DNA from: an uncultured Actinomycetota bacterium
Lineage (GTDB): Bacteria > Actinomycetota > Humimicrobiia > Humimicrobiales > Humimicrobiaceae
DNA length: 64,000 bases
Assembly: GCA_964494385.1 (NCBI GenBank)
Contig: CAZBSE010000002.1
Location: 1,597-65,596, forward strand
Reading direction: 5' to 3'
The translations under genes and the position numbers were made by a program. Shown in pieces: positions 40,479 to 51,213 of the stretch (position 1 is the first letter of the stretch; each line of letters begins with the position of its first letter). Below the pieces are notes generated by a model. It saw only the letters and a program-made list of their open reading frames with translations, was not told the origin of the DNA and did not search any database.

Positions 40479-42608
40479 TTAAAAGTGAATTAGTTTTCCC
40501 GAAAGATCTACAATCAATACTGCAGTCTGGATTGCCACTACACTGATAAGCTTTATAAGTATATTCATAGACGGCCCCGCAGTATCCTTCAGCGGATCCC
40601 CTACCGTATCTCCCACCACGGAAGCAGCATGTTCGGGAGTTCCGCTTTTCCCTTCTTCTTCGATCTTTTTCTTTGCATTATCCATTGCCCCGCCTGCATT
40701 TGACATAAATATTGCCTGCGCAAAACCTGAAAGAAGTGTCCCGATAATCAGTGCTATTACGCCACCTGGTCCTAAAAATATACCCACCAAAGTAGGGATC
40801 ACAAAAATTGATATCCCCGGTATTAAAATACCCTTCTGGGCAGATTTCGTGACTATGGTAATAAACGCTTTTGGGTCCCCCTTTTCTTTGCCGGAAAGTA
40901 TTCCTTTTATCTGTTTTCTTGCTTCCTGCACCACTTTATTTGCAGCACTGCCGACTGCATTTATAAGCAGCGAAGCAAAAAAGAACGGCATAAGAACACC
41001 TATAAATAATCCCGCCAGCACTCGCGGATCTCTCATGAAATCCAAAACTATATTTACATTTAAAAGCTCTATCTGGGAAAAATAAGCCTGACCCAGGGCA
41101 AGTGCAGTTACAGCGGCACTTCCTATTAAAATACCCTTTCCTATCGCAGCAGTTGTGTTTCCAACAGCATCAAGTTTATCAGTTGTTTTCCTGACTTCCG
41201 GAGGGAGTTCTGCCATTTCCGCTATACCGCCCGCATTATCTGATATGGGTCCGTATACATCAATAGTCACCACAAATGGTGCGGCGGCAAGCATCCCTAC
41301 AGCCGAGATTGCAATACCATACAGTCCCATTTTAAAATCTGTCAAACCCCCTGAAATATAAAAACTAAAAACCATGGCTCCTATCACTACCAGGGCAGGA
41401 AGTATACTTGATTCCATGCCGTAAGCCAGACCGCTCACCACATATGTGGCAGGACCGCTTTTTGCGCTTTCCCTTATGTTCCTTGTGGGCCTGTATCTTG
41501 AATCAGTATAAAGAAGAGTAAACAATCCTATTAAAAATCCGGTCATTATTCCGCCAGTCGAAGAATAAAATAGGTAATTGTATTCCGCACCCATGGTATA
41601 CCTTATAATAAAATAGGACATAATTATAATTGCCCCCACAGTAATCAGGAGTCCTGATAAGGTGGTAGTGGTAAGAAGGCTGACTGTCGCCTCCCGTTTA
41701 TATCTTCTTATAATAAGTTTTATAACAAAAATTGCAATAATTGAAGCAATAGCTCCCGCTGTGGAAATAAGCATGGGTAGAAGCACGCTGTTTGTCATGC
41801 CGGGAGTGTTTCTAAATGCAAGAAATCCAAGAAACTGTGCAGCAACTATTGCACCCAGCCATGACTCGAGACTGTCCGCTTTCATTCCCCCTACATCTCC
41901 TACATTATCACCGACATTATCTGCAATAGTGGCCGGGTTCCTGTAATCGTCTTCTTTCAGGCCCGATTCCACTTTACCTACATAATCTGCTCCCATATCT
42001 GCGGCTTTGGTAAATATTCCTCCGCCTGTTCTCATAAAGAATGCCGCAAAGCTGGCGCCTATTGTAAAGGTAACCGATACATTTACAACCCTTAAAAGGT
42101 TGTCCGCCAGATCCACAGCATGCCTCCCATACCACCAGAATAGCATGTTAAACCAGAAAGCAGTATAAAACAGAACCACTGCAGCCAGAAGCAGACCGGA
42201 AGCAGAAGCTGCAGTTATGGCTATATTCATGGCTTCTCCCAGACCTTTTTTCTGTGCTGCATGAGTTACCCTGGCGTTGGTGGTAGTGGATATCCACATC
42301 CCTATATAACCGATTAAAATACTGAATCCCATACCTGTAGCAAAAGCCGGAATCGAAGCGAAGTAAAGATATCCGAATTTAACCATAACTCCCAGAAGTG
42401 CAACTAAAACTGCAAAAAATATCAGCATCATTTTAGCCTGCTGATTCAGATACGCCCTGCTTCCTGCAAATATGGCATTGGAAATTTCCTGCATTCTTTT
42501 TGAACCCCTGCTTTTTTTACTAACCAGCGTGGCAAAGATTACAGCCAGAATAAGTGATATACCGGAACCAATGAAAGGAATAATTCTTATTAGCAGTGCA
42601 ACCGACAC
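40479..42608 (-). CDS. hppA: Membrane-bound H+/Na+-translocating pyrophosphatase
   Basis: 709 aa polytopic protein with GDNVGDVGGMKAD and DTVGDPLKDTAGPS signature motifs. Confidence 0.95.
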   Translation of the reverse strand: MSVALLIRIIPFIGSGISLILAVIFATLVSKKSRGSKRMQEISNAIFAGSRAYLNQQAKMMLIFFAVLVALLGVMVKFGYLYFASIPAFATGMGFSILIGYIGMWISTTTNARVTHAAQKKGLGEAMNIAITAASASGLLLAAVVLFYTAFWFNMLFWWYGRHAVDLADNLLRVVNVSVTFTIGASFAAFFMRTGGGIFTKAADMGADYVGKVESGLKEDDYRNPATIADNVGDNVGDVGGMKADSLESWLGAIVAAQFLGFLAFRNTPGMTNSVLLPMLISTAGAIASIIAIFVIKLIIRRYKREATVSLLTTTTLSGLLITVGAIIIMSYFIIRYTMGAEYNYLFYSSTGGIMTGFLIGLFTLLYTDSRYRPTRNIRESAKSGPATYVVSGLAYGMESSILPALVVIGAMVFSFYISGGLTDFKMGLYGIAISAVGMLAAAPFVVTIDVYGPISDNAGGIAEMAELPPEVRKTTDKLDAVGNTTAAIGKGILIGSAAVTALALGQAYFSQIELLNVNIVLDFMRDPRVLAGLFIGVLMPFFFASLLINAVGSAANKVVQEARKQIKGILSGKEKGDPKAFITIVTKSAQKGILIPGISIFVIPTLVGIFLGPGGVIALIIGTLLSGFAQAIFMSNAGGAMDNAKKKIEEEGKSGTPEHAASVVGDTVGDPLKDTAGPSMNILIKLISVVAIQTAVLIVDLSGKLIHF

Positions 42609-42863
42609 GAAAACCTCCTTCTAAAAATATCAAATAAATTGTCAAATATTAAAAAGGCTTAATTACCTGAAAACATCCTCGAATATTTTATTAAAAATGC
42701 GGAGAATAAGCAATCAAAAAAGAGAGTAAATCTATTTATTTAAAATTAACTTTATTAATGCTTGATGAAACAACCTTTATAATAAAATGGATGAGCATTA
42801 TATCAATAATATTCATCCATTCTTACCTGAACTATTACTTAAAGATTCCCATATTTTTATAAT

Positions 42864-44153
42864 CTATTCAACTTCCATTGACTCTATAATGCCAAGATAT
42901 ACGGATTCTCCCATACTGAAATAATCATATCCTACTGTACCAAACAATACATAAAGCCTGTCACTGCCCTCAATGAAGGCTATGACTATAGCCCATTCAT
43001 TAGTATCAGGGTCATTAAATAAATATATAAAGTCATGGAATGTCATACCTTTTCCGGTTACCGACTCATTTTCCTGTACATCAACTAATTCCCAGCTATT
43101 ATCGTCTGCAATATCAGAACTTAATTCATCGGCAAAATCAGAAAACTGATCACTGGAGGGATAATCATCCATAGGGCTGGCCATAAAAAGAAAGGCTACC
43201 GGTAAGTCACCGGATTGTTCCGTCAGATTCACTTCAAGTCCATCAGCACTATCCGATTCCGTATATATCCAATCGTCCGGGACTGCAAATGATACTCCAT
43301 ACTTATCATTAGAATATGTATTCCCCTGGGTAAAAATATCTTTTCCTGCTTCTGCTCCTCGCGCTTCAACAACTTCAAATTCAAAAGTATCATATAAATT
43401 ATCATTTAAATAAATCTCCACATTATAGGTATCGGCCGGTATGTCCCTGCCTTCTCCTTTAAGAGTGAAGGCGGTCCATACGGGTTCATACAAATCTACA
43501 TCCATATCACTTACAGTTTCTACTATTAAATCGCCATCACCCGTATGCCATCTTGCCTTGAGACTATTTCCCGAAATATAATAATTAGCTTTAACACATG
43601 CATATATGATTTCGGTAGGACTAAATTGTTTTACTTTATTTACAGGAGCAAAATCTTCGTCAACCTCATTTGCCAGCAATACTTCTAAAATCTTAATCTC
43701 AGGTTCTTTAACCACAAAATTGGCAGTGCTCTTTAATTCACCATTATGATAGAACTCGACCTTATAATTTCCTGGCGGAATTACCTTAACTTCTTCATTG
43801 GTTGCGATAAATGACATTGCATATCCTTCAAAATAATCGCTTTTACCTTCGGAATATTTTGAAGTCTCATCTAAAAAATTTTCCCCCGTATCCAGATTTA
43901 TCCAGTTATAGCGATAATTATCTTCTCCCTTAACGCCATAATAATTTATACTTGCGTATATTTTTTTTATCTCAATATTAAATTCATCTTCTGCACTTAT
44001 CGGCTCAAATGTATTTTGGTTTATTCCTCCACAAACTGTTAAATCTCCAAAAGAAAGCTCCGGCACACAAGAAGTGGTAAAAGGGATTAAACCGGAAATA
44101 AGAGCTGCTGATAATAATATTACCAGGGTTCTTTTTAAACTTGATTTTTCCAT
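42864..44153 (-). CDS. Hypothetical secreted lipoprotein with two internal beta-rich repeats
   Basis: Signal peptide plus lipobox (FTTSC). Repeated segments NYKVEFYHNGEL...FVVKEP and TYNVEIYLNDNL...FEVVEA. Acidic C-terminal half. Confidence 0.55.
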   Translation of the reverse strand: MEKSSLKRTLVILLSAALISGLIPFTTSCVPELSFGDLTVCGGINQNTFEPISAEDEFNIEIKKIYASINYYGVKGEDNYRYNWINLDTGENFLDETSKYSEGKSDYFEGYAMSFIATNEEVKVIPPGNYKVEFYHNGELKSTANFVVKEPEIKILEVLLANEVDEDFAPVNKVKQFSPTEIIYACVKANYYISGNSLKARWHTGDGDLIVETVSDMDVDLYEPVWTAFTLKGEGRDIPADTYNVEIYLNDNLYDTFEFEVVEARGAEAGKDIFTQGNTYSNDKYGVSFAVPDDWIYTESDSADGLEVNLTEQSGDLPVAFLFMASPMDDYPSSDQFSDFADELSSDIADDNSWELVDVQENESVTGKGMTFHDFIYLFNDPDTNEWAIVIAFIEGSDRLYVLFGTVGYDYFSMGESVYLGIIESMEVE

Positions 44154-44417
44154 ATTTCTTTTATCCCCCCTTTTACAAATATTAATATTTATAAATTAAT
44201 TTATATGAAAATTATATATATATTATATATCTATAAATATAATAGTCAAATAATTTCTAAAATCTAATTAATTATTTTATGCTCTCAGCATCATGCTCGT
44301 TAAATCAAAAAGAATACAGTACAATCTTTTATCTAAGGGTAATTATTCAAATTAGTTGTGGACTTCTCTAATATTCATTATAATTACCACTAAATTTTAC
44401 ATTTCTTTAAAGGTGAG

Positions 44418-45680
44418 ATGTCTGAATTCCATATTAAAGAACTTGGCGAATATAAGCCGAATTATTTTAATAGCCTGAATTTAAACAAATTAAAAGAGTT
44501 TGTAATTGTCCCTTACTTTATAGATTGGTACCGGAGCAGCCATTCAAATAAAATATACCCCTTATTCATCCATGAAATTGAATCCCTCAATCCGACATTT
44601 TCAAGGCTGCCGGGGATCTTGAGTAGAAATCCATTTTTTGACCATACACAGATTAAATTTTTCATTGCCTACAGCAACGGCAGACCGGCCGGAAGAATAA
44701 TGTCTTTTATTGATTATAATTATAATAAAAGACACAATTTTAAATCTGGCTGGCTGGGTCTGTTTGAATCCATTGAAAATAAAGACCTGGCATTCGGGCT
44801 GCTTGATAAAGCAGTGGATTATCTAAAGAAAAACGGGTGCGGAAAAATAATAGGACCGGCAAAGTTTAATGCCGGGGGTGAAATAGGGCTTCTTGTAGAC
44901 GGATTTGAAAATAAACCGTATTTTTTGGAACCGTATAATGCTCCCTACTATAAAGATATCTTCGAGGAATACGGACTGGCCAAGGAAAACGACTGGTACA
45001 GTGTAGTTACCGATAGTGCTGCTTCCAGAAACTATATGGAAAGAATCGAAAGGGTCCTGCTTAAGATTTCCAATAAAGATAATAAGACACTCAATGAGAT
45101 AAATATAAGAAATGTAAATTTTAAAGATTTCGGCAATGAAACAGAAAGAATAAAGGAACTCTATAATAATATCTGGGATACCGGAAACCATCCCCAGCAA
45201 GTCCGGATGACCGATGCAGAATTCAATCTGCAGGCATCAGGTATAAAAGCAATATCCATCGAAGATTTAATGTTTATTATAGAAAAGGACAATACCCCTA
45301 TAGGAATTTCAATAAACATTCCCGATATAAATGAGGTAATAGAGGATTTTGACAGCAGATGGCCTTATATGCCTTCAAAACGCTTTCTTAACTTAAGAGA
45401 TTTCAGCAGAGACATTAAAATTTTTAACTTAATCCGAAAAAAACTTAAAACCGGCGGGCTTGCAAGATTAAGAATATTAATGCTGGGAGTTAAAAAGGAA
45501 TTCAGGAAAACAGGTATAGAGTCAAAAATATTTTTTAAGATTAATAAAGATGCCGTCGATTTAGGGTTTAAATATGCCTCTGGCTCACAGATGGCAGATA
45601 TAAATCTGGATATAATAAATCCTATTTTCAGACTGGGTAAAGTCGCCTTTACCTGGAGAGTCTACGGCCTGGACATTTAA
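44418..45680 (+). CDS. Hypothetical protein with a GNAT-like C-terminal region (possible acyl- or aminoacyl-transferase fold)
   Basis: 420 aa, the only sizeable plus-strand gene in a minus-strand neighbourhood. The segment LMLGVKKEFRKTGIESKIF resembles GNAT motif A. There is no confident family assignment. Confidence 0.45.
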   Translation: MSEFHIKELGEYKPNYFNSLNLNKLKEFVIVPYFIDWYRSSHSNKIYPLFIHEIESLNPTFSRLPGILSRNPFFDHTQIKFFIAYSNGRPAGRIMSFIDYNYNKRHNFKSGWLGLFESIENKDLAFGLLDKAVDYLKKNGCGKIIGPAKFNAGGEIGLLVDGFENKPYFLEPYNAPYYKDIFEEYGLAKENDWYSVVTDSAASRNYMERIERVLLKISNKDNKTLNEINIRNVNFKDFGNETERIKELYNNIWDTGNHPQQVRMTDAEFNLQASGIKAISIEDLMFIIEKDNTPIGISINIPDINEVIEDFDSRWPYMPSKRFLNLRDFSRDIKIFNLIRKKLKTGGLARLRILMLGVKKEFRKTGIESKIFFKINKDAVDLGFKYASGSQMADINLDIINPIFRLGKVAFTWRVYGLDI

Positions 45681-45717
45681 AAATAATATAAATATTTAAA
45701 CAGATATCCAACTTTTT

Positions 45718-46134
45718 TTATTCTCCCATAACCTGCACAAAAACTTCTCGTGAACGCGGTCTGTTATCATGGTCAATAACTACTATCTGCTGCCATGTGC
45801 CCAGTACTAACCCTCCGCCGGATAGCGGTACGGTAATACCGGGACCCATGAACGTGGCACGTATATGCGAAAATCCATTATCATCACCCCATGTTTGTGA
45901 GTGCCGTGTATGCTTGCCGGCAGAAATAAATTCTTCCAGCTGCTGGCGCACATCTTCTACCAGGGCCGGCTCATATTCCATGGTTGAAACGGAAGCAGTC
46001 GATCCGACAGTAAAAACACCTACCAGCCCGTTCTTTATGCCGGACTTATCGGCAATGTCTTTAACCTGATTGGTAATATTTTTAATATCCGAATATCCTT
46101 TTGTGGATATAGTAATTTTTTCACCAAATACCAT
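45718..46134 (-). CDS. yjbQ: YjbQ/UPF0047 family protein (secondary thiamine-phosphate synthase-like)
   Basis: 138 aa with the conserved HTRHSQTWGDDNGFSHIRATFMGP and LGTWQQIVVIDHD segments. The gene is visibly GC-richer than its flanks. Confidence 0.8.
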   Translation of the reverse strand: MVFGEKITISTKGYSDIKNITNQVKDIADKSGIKNGLVGVFTVGSTASVSTMEYEPALVEDVRQQLEEFISAGKHTRHSQTWGDDNGFSHIRATFMGPGITVPLSGGGLVLGTWQQIVVIDHDNRPRSREVFVQVMGE

Positions 46135-46243
46135 AAGGCTTTCTCCTTGCTTTGATTGATTTTAATAGGTAATCTGATTCTTTTAAAAATATGAAAAATT
46201 ATATATATTCTAAATAGTTGTCTTTATTTTGCCATCTTCAAGT

Positions 46244-47833
46244 TTATTCTTTTTCTTCCACATGCATCAGCCCGTATATTATACTGTCTTCCAGGGCCTG
46301 CCAGCTGGCTTCGATTATATTTTCAGATACCCCTATGGTGCCCCAGGTCTTCTCGCCGTCAGAAGATTCAATTAGAACTCTAACCATTGCCCTGGTCCCC
46401 TTCTTCTCATTCAGTACCCTAACCTTAAAGTCTGTAAGAGCAATTTTTGACAGTGCCGGATAACAGCTCCTTATTGCCTTTCTCAGTGCACTGTCCAGGG
46501 CGTTAACCGGGCCGTTCCCTTCAGCGGTCTCGATTATCTTATTATTGTCTATAAGAACCTTGACCGTAGCCTCTGACAGCATTCTTCCGTCTTCTTTTTT
46601 CTCGTTTAGCACCCTGAAGCTTTCAAGTTTAAAAAATTTCTTTTTTAAACCGGATATTTCCTTTACCAGCAGTTCGAAACTTCCGTCAGCAGCCTCAAAC
46701 TGATAACCTTTATGCTCCATATTTTGAATTCGATTCAATATCTCACTTACCTTCTCCAGATCATCTTCAAGGTCGATCCCAAATTCTTTTGCTTTTAGAA
46801 TTATAGATTTTTTGCCGGAAAGTTCCGAAATCAGTATTTCTCTTGTATTACCTACCGTTTCGGGATATACATGTTCAAATGCCTCTGATAATTTACTTAC
46901 TCCGCTTACGTGCATCCCGCCTTTATGTTTGAAAGCATTACGCCCTACAAACGGCTGGCTCGGGTTTGAAATCTGATTGGCAGTTTCATTTATAAACCTT
47001 GAAAGGCTGGTCAAATGCTTCAGGCTGCCTTCCTTTAAACAGTACTTCTTTAATTTAATCTCCAGATTGGGGATTACCTGGCACAGGTCCGCATTGCCGC
47101 ATCTCTCACCATAGCCGTTTATTGTCCCATGGACCATTTTTATTCCCTTTTTTACAGCTATTACCGTATTGGCAACGGCACAGCCGCTGTCATTATGAAA
47201 ATGCACCCCCAGGGTAGTCTTAATCTGCCTGTTTACCTTATCGATTATCTCTATGACATCATCCGGGAGCATTCCTCCGTTTGTATCACATAGGCATAAA
47301 TAATCGGCCCCGGCTTCCAGAGCTGCATTTAAAGTTTTCAGTGCATACTGCGGATTTTCCTTAAAGCCGTCAAAAAAATGCTCGGCATCAAAAATCACTT
47401 CGGGAAAATATTTTTTTAAATATTCTATGGTATCAGAAATCATGCTTAAATTATTTTCCAGCGCGGTCTCTATGACCTTTTCGGCATGAAGAGATGATGA
47501 TTTACCCACAATACAGACAGCATCGGCACCTGAATTAATTAATTGTTTTAAATTACTGTCCTCTGCTGCAGTTATATTCTTATACCTGGTCATCCCGAAT
47601 GCAACTATTTTGGAGTATTTATATTTTTTATTCTTAAGTTCCTTAAATAACTCCATTTCCTTTGGATTTGAAGCAGGGAACCCAACCTCTATATAGTCAA
47701 TTCCTATATCATCAAACCTGTCTATTATCTGCAGCTTATCATTGACTGAAAAAGATATATCAGCCCTTTGTGCACCATCTCTTAAGGTAGTGTCATATAT
47801 ATATATTCTGTTTTTTTCTTTCTTGCTCAGCAT
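46244..47833 (-). CDS. cimA: (R)-citramalate synthase / LeuA-family 2-alkylmalate synthase
   Basis: 529 aa starting IYIYDTTLRDGAQ, with an HMGL-like TIM barrel plus a LeuA-dimer-type C-terminal regulatory domain. A second, distinct LeuA paralog sits in the same operon. Confidence 0.7.
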   Translation of the reverse strand: MLSKKEKNRIYIYDTTLRDGAQRADISFSVNDKLQIIDRFDDIGIDYIEVGFPASNPKEMELFKELKNKKYKYSKIVAFGMTRYKNITAAEDSNLKQLINSGADAVCIVGKSSSLHAEKVIETALENNLSMISDTIEYLKKYFPEVIFDAEHFFDGFKENPQYALKTLNAALEAGADYLCLCDTNGGMLPDDVIEIIDKVNRQIKTTLGVHFHNDSGCAVANTVIAVKKGIKMVHGTINGYGERCGNADLCQVIPNLEIKLKKYCLKEGSLKHLTSLSRFINETANQISNPSQPFVGRNAFKHKGGMHVSGVSKLSEAFEHVYPETVGNTREILISELSGKKSIILKAKEFGIDLEDDLEKVSEILNRIQNMEHKGYQFEAADGSFELLVKEISGLKKKFFKLESFRVLNEKKEDGRMLSEATVKVLIDNNKIIETAEGNGPVNALDSALRKAIRSCYPALSKIALTDFKVRVLNEKKGTRAMVRVLIESSDGEKTWGTIGVSENIIEASWQALEDSIIYGLMHVEEKE

Positions 47834-48328
47834 TTATCTTCCTTTATTCTCTCTGGTAAAATTAATATAACCGCCGCTTATTATTATTTTCTGTATAAAT
47901 TCAGGAAGCGGATTTATATTAAAGATTTTATTTCCGGTAATATCTTTAATCTTACCGCTGCTTAAATCTATTTCAACTTCATCCCCGTCTTTTATAAAAT
48001 CGGCTGCCTCCGCGCTTGTCACCACCGGAAGTCCTATGTTTATAGCATTTCTAAAAAATATACGGGCAAATGATTCCGCAATCACTGCTTTTACACCACT
48101 GGCCTTAATGGATATAGGTGCATGTTCCCTGGAAGATCCGCATCCAAAATTGCTGCCAGCAGCTATTATTTTTCTTTCCTTTACCTTCTCTTTAAAATCT
48201 TTATCCATGTCTTCAAAGCAATGCAGGGCCAATTCTTTATCTTCGGTAGTATTAAGGTATCTGGCCGGTATTATTGCATCAGTATCAACATTATTTCCAT
48301 ATTTTATAACTTTTCCCCTTATCATCAT
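47834..48328 (-). CDS. leuD: 3-isopropylmalate / citramalate dehydratase small subunit
   Basis: 164 aa short-type LeuD ([17 protein letters not shown]). Confidence 0.9.
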   Translation of the reverse strand: MMIRGKVIKYGNNVDTDAIIPARYLNTTEDKELALHCFEDMDKDFKEKVKERKIIAAGSNFGCGSSREHAPISIKASGVKAVIAESFARIFFRNAINIGLPVVTSAEAADFIKDGDEVEIDLSSGKIKDITGNKIFNINPLPEFIQKIIISGGYINFTRENKGR

Positions 48329-49605
48329 TGCATAACCTCCTCAGGTGTAGCTATTCTGCCTGCTATTGCAGAGGCAGCAGCTACCGCCGGTCCGCTTAGA
48401 TATACTTCACTTTTTGGGTGCCCCATCCTTCCCACAAAATTTCTATTGGTTGTGGATACTGCTCTTTCACCTTCCGCAAGTACGCCCATATGGCCTCCCA
48501 GGCAGGGTCCGCAGGTCGGAGTGCTCACCACACAGCCGGATTTTATAAAAATTTCTATATACCCTCTTTTTAATGCTTCCAGATATATGCTCTGGGTAGC
48601 AGGAATTATTATGGTTCTTAAATTACCATTTACTTCCCTTCCGCTTAAAATTTCTGCTGCAATTTTTAAATCGTCGATTCTTCCATTGGTGCATGAACCT
48701 ATTACCACCTGATCTATGACAATATTTCTTAAATTTTTTGCATTTCTTGCATTTGATGGAAGATGAGGAGCTGCCACCTGTAATTCTATTTCTGAACAAT
48801 CTATGTTGTATATCTTTTCATATTCCGCATCAGGATCGCTTTTAAATATCTTATAATCTCTATCTGATCTTACTTTTAAATATTCCCTGGTTACCCTGTC
48901 AACCTCAAAAATTCCAAATTTACCCCCTGCCTCTATGGCCATGTTGGACATTGTAAATCTTGAATCTATGGACAATTTTTTTATTGCAGGACCGGTAAAC
49001 TCCATAGATTTGTATAATGCACCATCCACCCCTATGAGACCTATGGTATAAAGTATCAGATCCTTGCCTGTTACCCATTTCTTTAAGTTGCCGCTGTATA
49101 TGAATTTTATTGTCCCGGGTATCATGAACCATAATTTGCCCGTAGCCATTGCCACAGCAACATCCGTGCTTCCCACACCTGTTGAAGCCGCTCCAATGGC
49201 TCCGTAGGTACAAGTGTGTGAGTCTGCACCTATTATAAGATTGCCGGGCAGTACCAGACCCAGTTCGGGGAGAAGTGCATGTTCGATACCCATCTTACCC
49301 ACTTCAAAATAATTTTTAATACCTTGCTCCCTGGCGAATTCTTTCATAAATTTACACTGCTGTGCCGATTTTATATCCTTATTGGGAGCAAAATGATCAG
49401 GGACCACCACCACTTTTTCCCTGTCAAAAACATTTCTGGCGCCAATTTTATTAAATTCCTCTATGGCAATAGGCAACGTGATGTCATTGCCCAGTACAAT
49501 ATCTACATCTGCATTTACTATTTCACCCGCGTGAACATAATCTCTACTACAGTGATTGGCAAGTATTTTCTGCGCAATTGTTTGCGGTTTATTTTTAACA
49601 TTCAA
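48325..49605 (-). CDS. leuC: 3-isopropylmalate / citramalate dehydratase large subunit
   Basis: 426 aa aconitase-family protein with Cys ligands in GSCTNGR and the CGPCLG region. Confidence 0.9.
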   Translation of the reverse strand: MNVKNKPQTIAQKILANHCSRDYVHAGEIVNADVDIVLGNDITLPIAIEEFNKIGARNVFDREKVVVVPDHFAPNKDIKSAQQCKFMKEFAREQGIKNYFEVGKMGIEHALLPELGLVLPGNLIIGADSHTCTYGAIGAASTGVGSTDVAVAMATGKLWFMIPGTIKFIYSGNLKKWVTGKDLILYTIGLIGVDGALYKSMEFTGPAIKKLSIDSRFTMSNMAIEAGGKFGIFEVDRVTREYLKVRSDRDYKIFKSDPDAEYEKIYNIDCSEIELQVAAPHLPSNARNAKNLRNIVIDQVVIGSCTNGRIDDLKIAAEILSGREVNGNLRTIIIPATQSIYLEALKRGYIEIFIKSGCVVSTPTCGPCLGGHMGVLAEGERAVSTTNRNFVGRMGHPKSEVYLSGPAVAAASAIAGRIATPEEVMQ

Positions 49606-49643
49606 TTTTACAGTTACCTTTCCCGTTCATAATAATTATAATT

Positions 49644-51167
49644 TTAATCTATACGATCATCTGATTTTTCGATTATTCTGTTCATGGCGTCGATATAAGC
49701 TTTTATACTGGCCTCTACTATATCCGTACTTATGCTGCTGCCCATTACCTCCGTACCGTCGGCACTTACTACTATTTTAACCGAACCCAGCGCATCCTTG
49801 CCTCCGGAAACAGCTTCTATATTATATTCGGTCAGTTTTGCATTTATTTTTGTTATCTTGTCAATAGCCTTGAATGAAGCGTCTATAGGACCGTCGCCTT
49901 TCGAAGTGCTCCTGTAAGTCTTACCTTTTATCTCTATGTTTACAGTAGAACTGGCCCGGACATCCGACCCGCTTTGAACACTGTAATTTTTAAGCAGGAA
50001 ATGTTCCTTAACTTCCCTTAATTCATTCTCTACTATAGCCCTTACATCTTGATCATTTATGGCACCTTTTTTCTCTGCAAGGTCTTTAAATCTTTCAAAA
50101 GTTTTCTCCAGATCCTCTTCCTTTAACTGAATACCTATTTCGGTTAATCTTTTCTTAAACGCATGCCGGCCCGAATGCTTACCCAGTACCAGTCTGGATG
50201 ATTTAAGGCCAATATCCTCGGGTTTTATTATTTCATAAGTGGACCTGTCCTTTAACATTCCGTCCTGGTGTATCCCTGCTTCATGACTGAATGCATTCTT
50301 ACCAACAATTGCTTTATTCGGTGCGATAACATAACCGGTAAGAGATCTCACGATGCTGCTGGTCCTTATAATTTCACCTATATTAATATCAGTGTATACT
50401 CCAAGATCCTTTTTTCGAGTATCGATAATCATAGCTATTTCTTCCAGTGACGCATTACCGGCTCTCTCGCCTATGCCATTTACCGCACACTCAACCTGCC
50501 TTACTCCGTGTTTTATGGCCGTAAGTGAATTGGCAACAGCGAGTCCCAAATCATTATGGCAGTGCACACTTACTATAACTTTTTCTATTCCCCCTGTTTT
50601 TTCGAAAATATAATCTATCATGTCTCCAAATTCATCAGGAATAGCATATCCTACCGTATCGGGGATATTTATAACCCTGGCACCGCTTTTAATTACCGCT
50701 TCAAACAGTTTGCAGAGGAAGTCCCAGTCACTCCTGGTTGCATCCATAGCTGAAAATTCAACTATATCTGTATATTTGAGACTTCTTTTTACGGCTTCTT
50801 CCGCAAGCTCTATTACTTCTTCCCTGCTTTTTTTCAGCTGGTACCGCAAATGAATATCGGACGAGGATATAAAAGTATGTATCACTGGCTGTTCCGCACC
50901 CTTTAAAGCCTCGCCGGCTGTATCTATATCTTTAGGATTTGCCCTGGCCAGCGCTGCAATCCTTCTACCTTTAATCTTACCCGATAATTTAATTACCGAT
51001 TCAAAATCACTCCTTGATGATATCGGAAAACCGGCTTCTATTATATCCACATTTAATCTGGAAAGCTGCTCCGCTATATCTAATTTTTCTTTGGTGTTCA
51101 GGTGGATACCGGGTGCCTGTTCACCGTCTCTCAATGTGGTATCAAATATATAAATTTTATTTTCCAT
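49644..51167 (-). CDS. leuA: 2-isopropylmalate synthase
   Basis: 507 aa starting IYIFDTTLRDGEQAPG, with the HxH motif VHCHNDLGLAV and a C-terminal LeuA allosteric domain. Confidence 0.9.
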   Translation of the reverse strand: MENKIYIFDTTLRDGEQAPGIHLNTKEKLDIAEQLSRLNVDIIEAGFPISSRSDFESVIKLSGKIKGRRIAALARANPKDIDTAGEALKGAEQPVIHTFISSSDIHLRYQLKKSREEVIELAEEAVKRSLKYTDIVEFSAMDATRSDWDFLCKLFEAVIKSGARVINIPDTVGYAIPDEFGDMIDYIFEKTGGIEKVIVSVHCHNDLGLAVANSLTAIKHGVRQVECAVNGIGERAGNASLEEIAMIIDTRKKDLGVYTDINIGEIIRTSSIVRSLTGYVIAPNKAIVGKNAFSHEAGIHQDGMLKDRSTYEIIKPEDIGLKSSRLVLGKHSGRHAFKKRLTEIGIQLKEEDLEKTFERFKDLAEKKGAINDQDVRAIVENELREVKEHFLLKNYSVQSGSDVRASSTVNIEIKGKTYRSTSKGDGPIDASFKAIDKITKINAKLTEYNIEAVSGGKDALGSVKIVVSADGTEVMGSSISTDIVEASIKAYIDAMNRIIEKSDDRID

Positions 51168-51213
51168 TGAAATCCGCTGACCTTTGCAATATTAAATTTA
51201 TAAAAATTTTTAT

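Noticed and set aside
44154-44417. AT-rich region between the lipoprotein gene and the plus-strand hypothetical, with repetitive ATATAT tracts that could be read as a repeat array
   Set aside because: It is simple low-complexity AT sequence without regular spacer-repeat periodicity and has no CRISPR-like structure. It is most likely a divergent promoter region.
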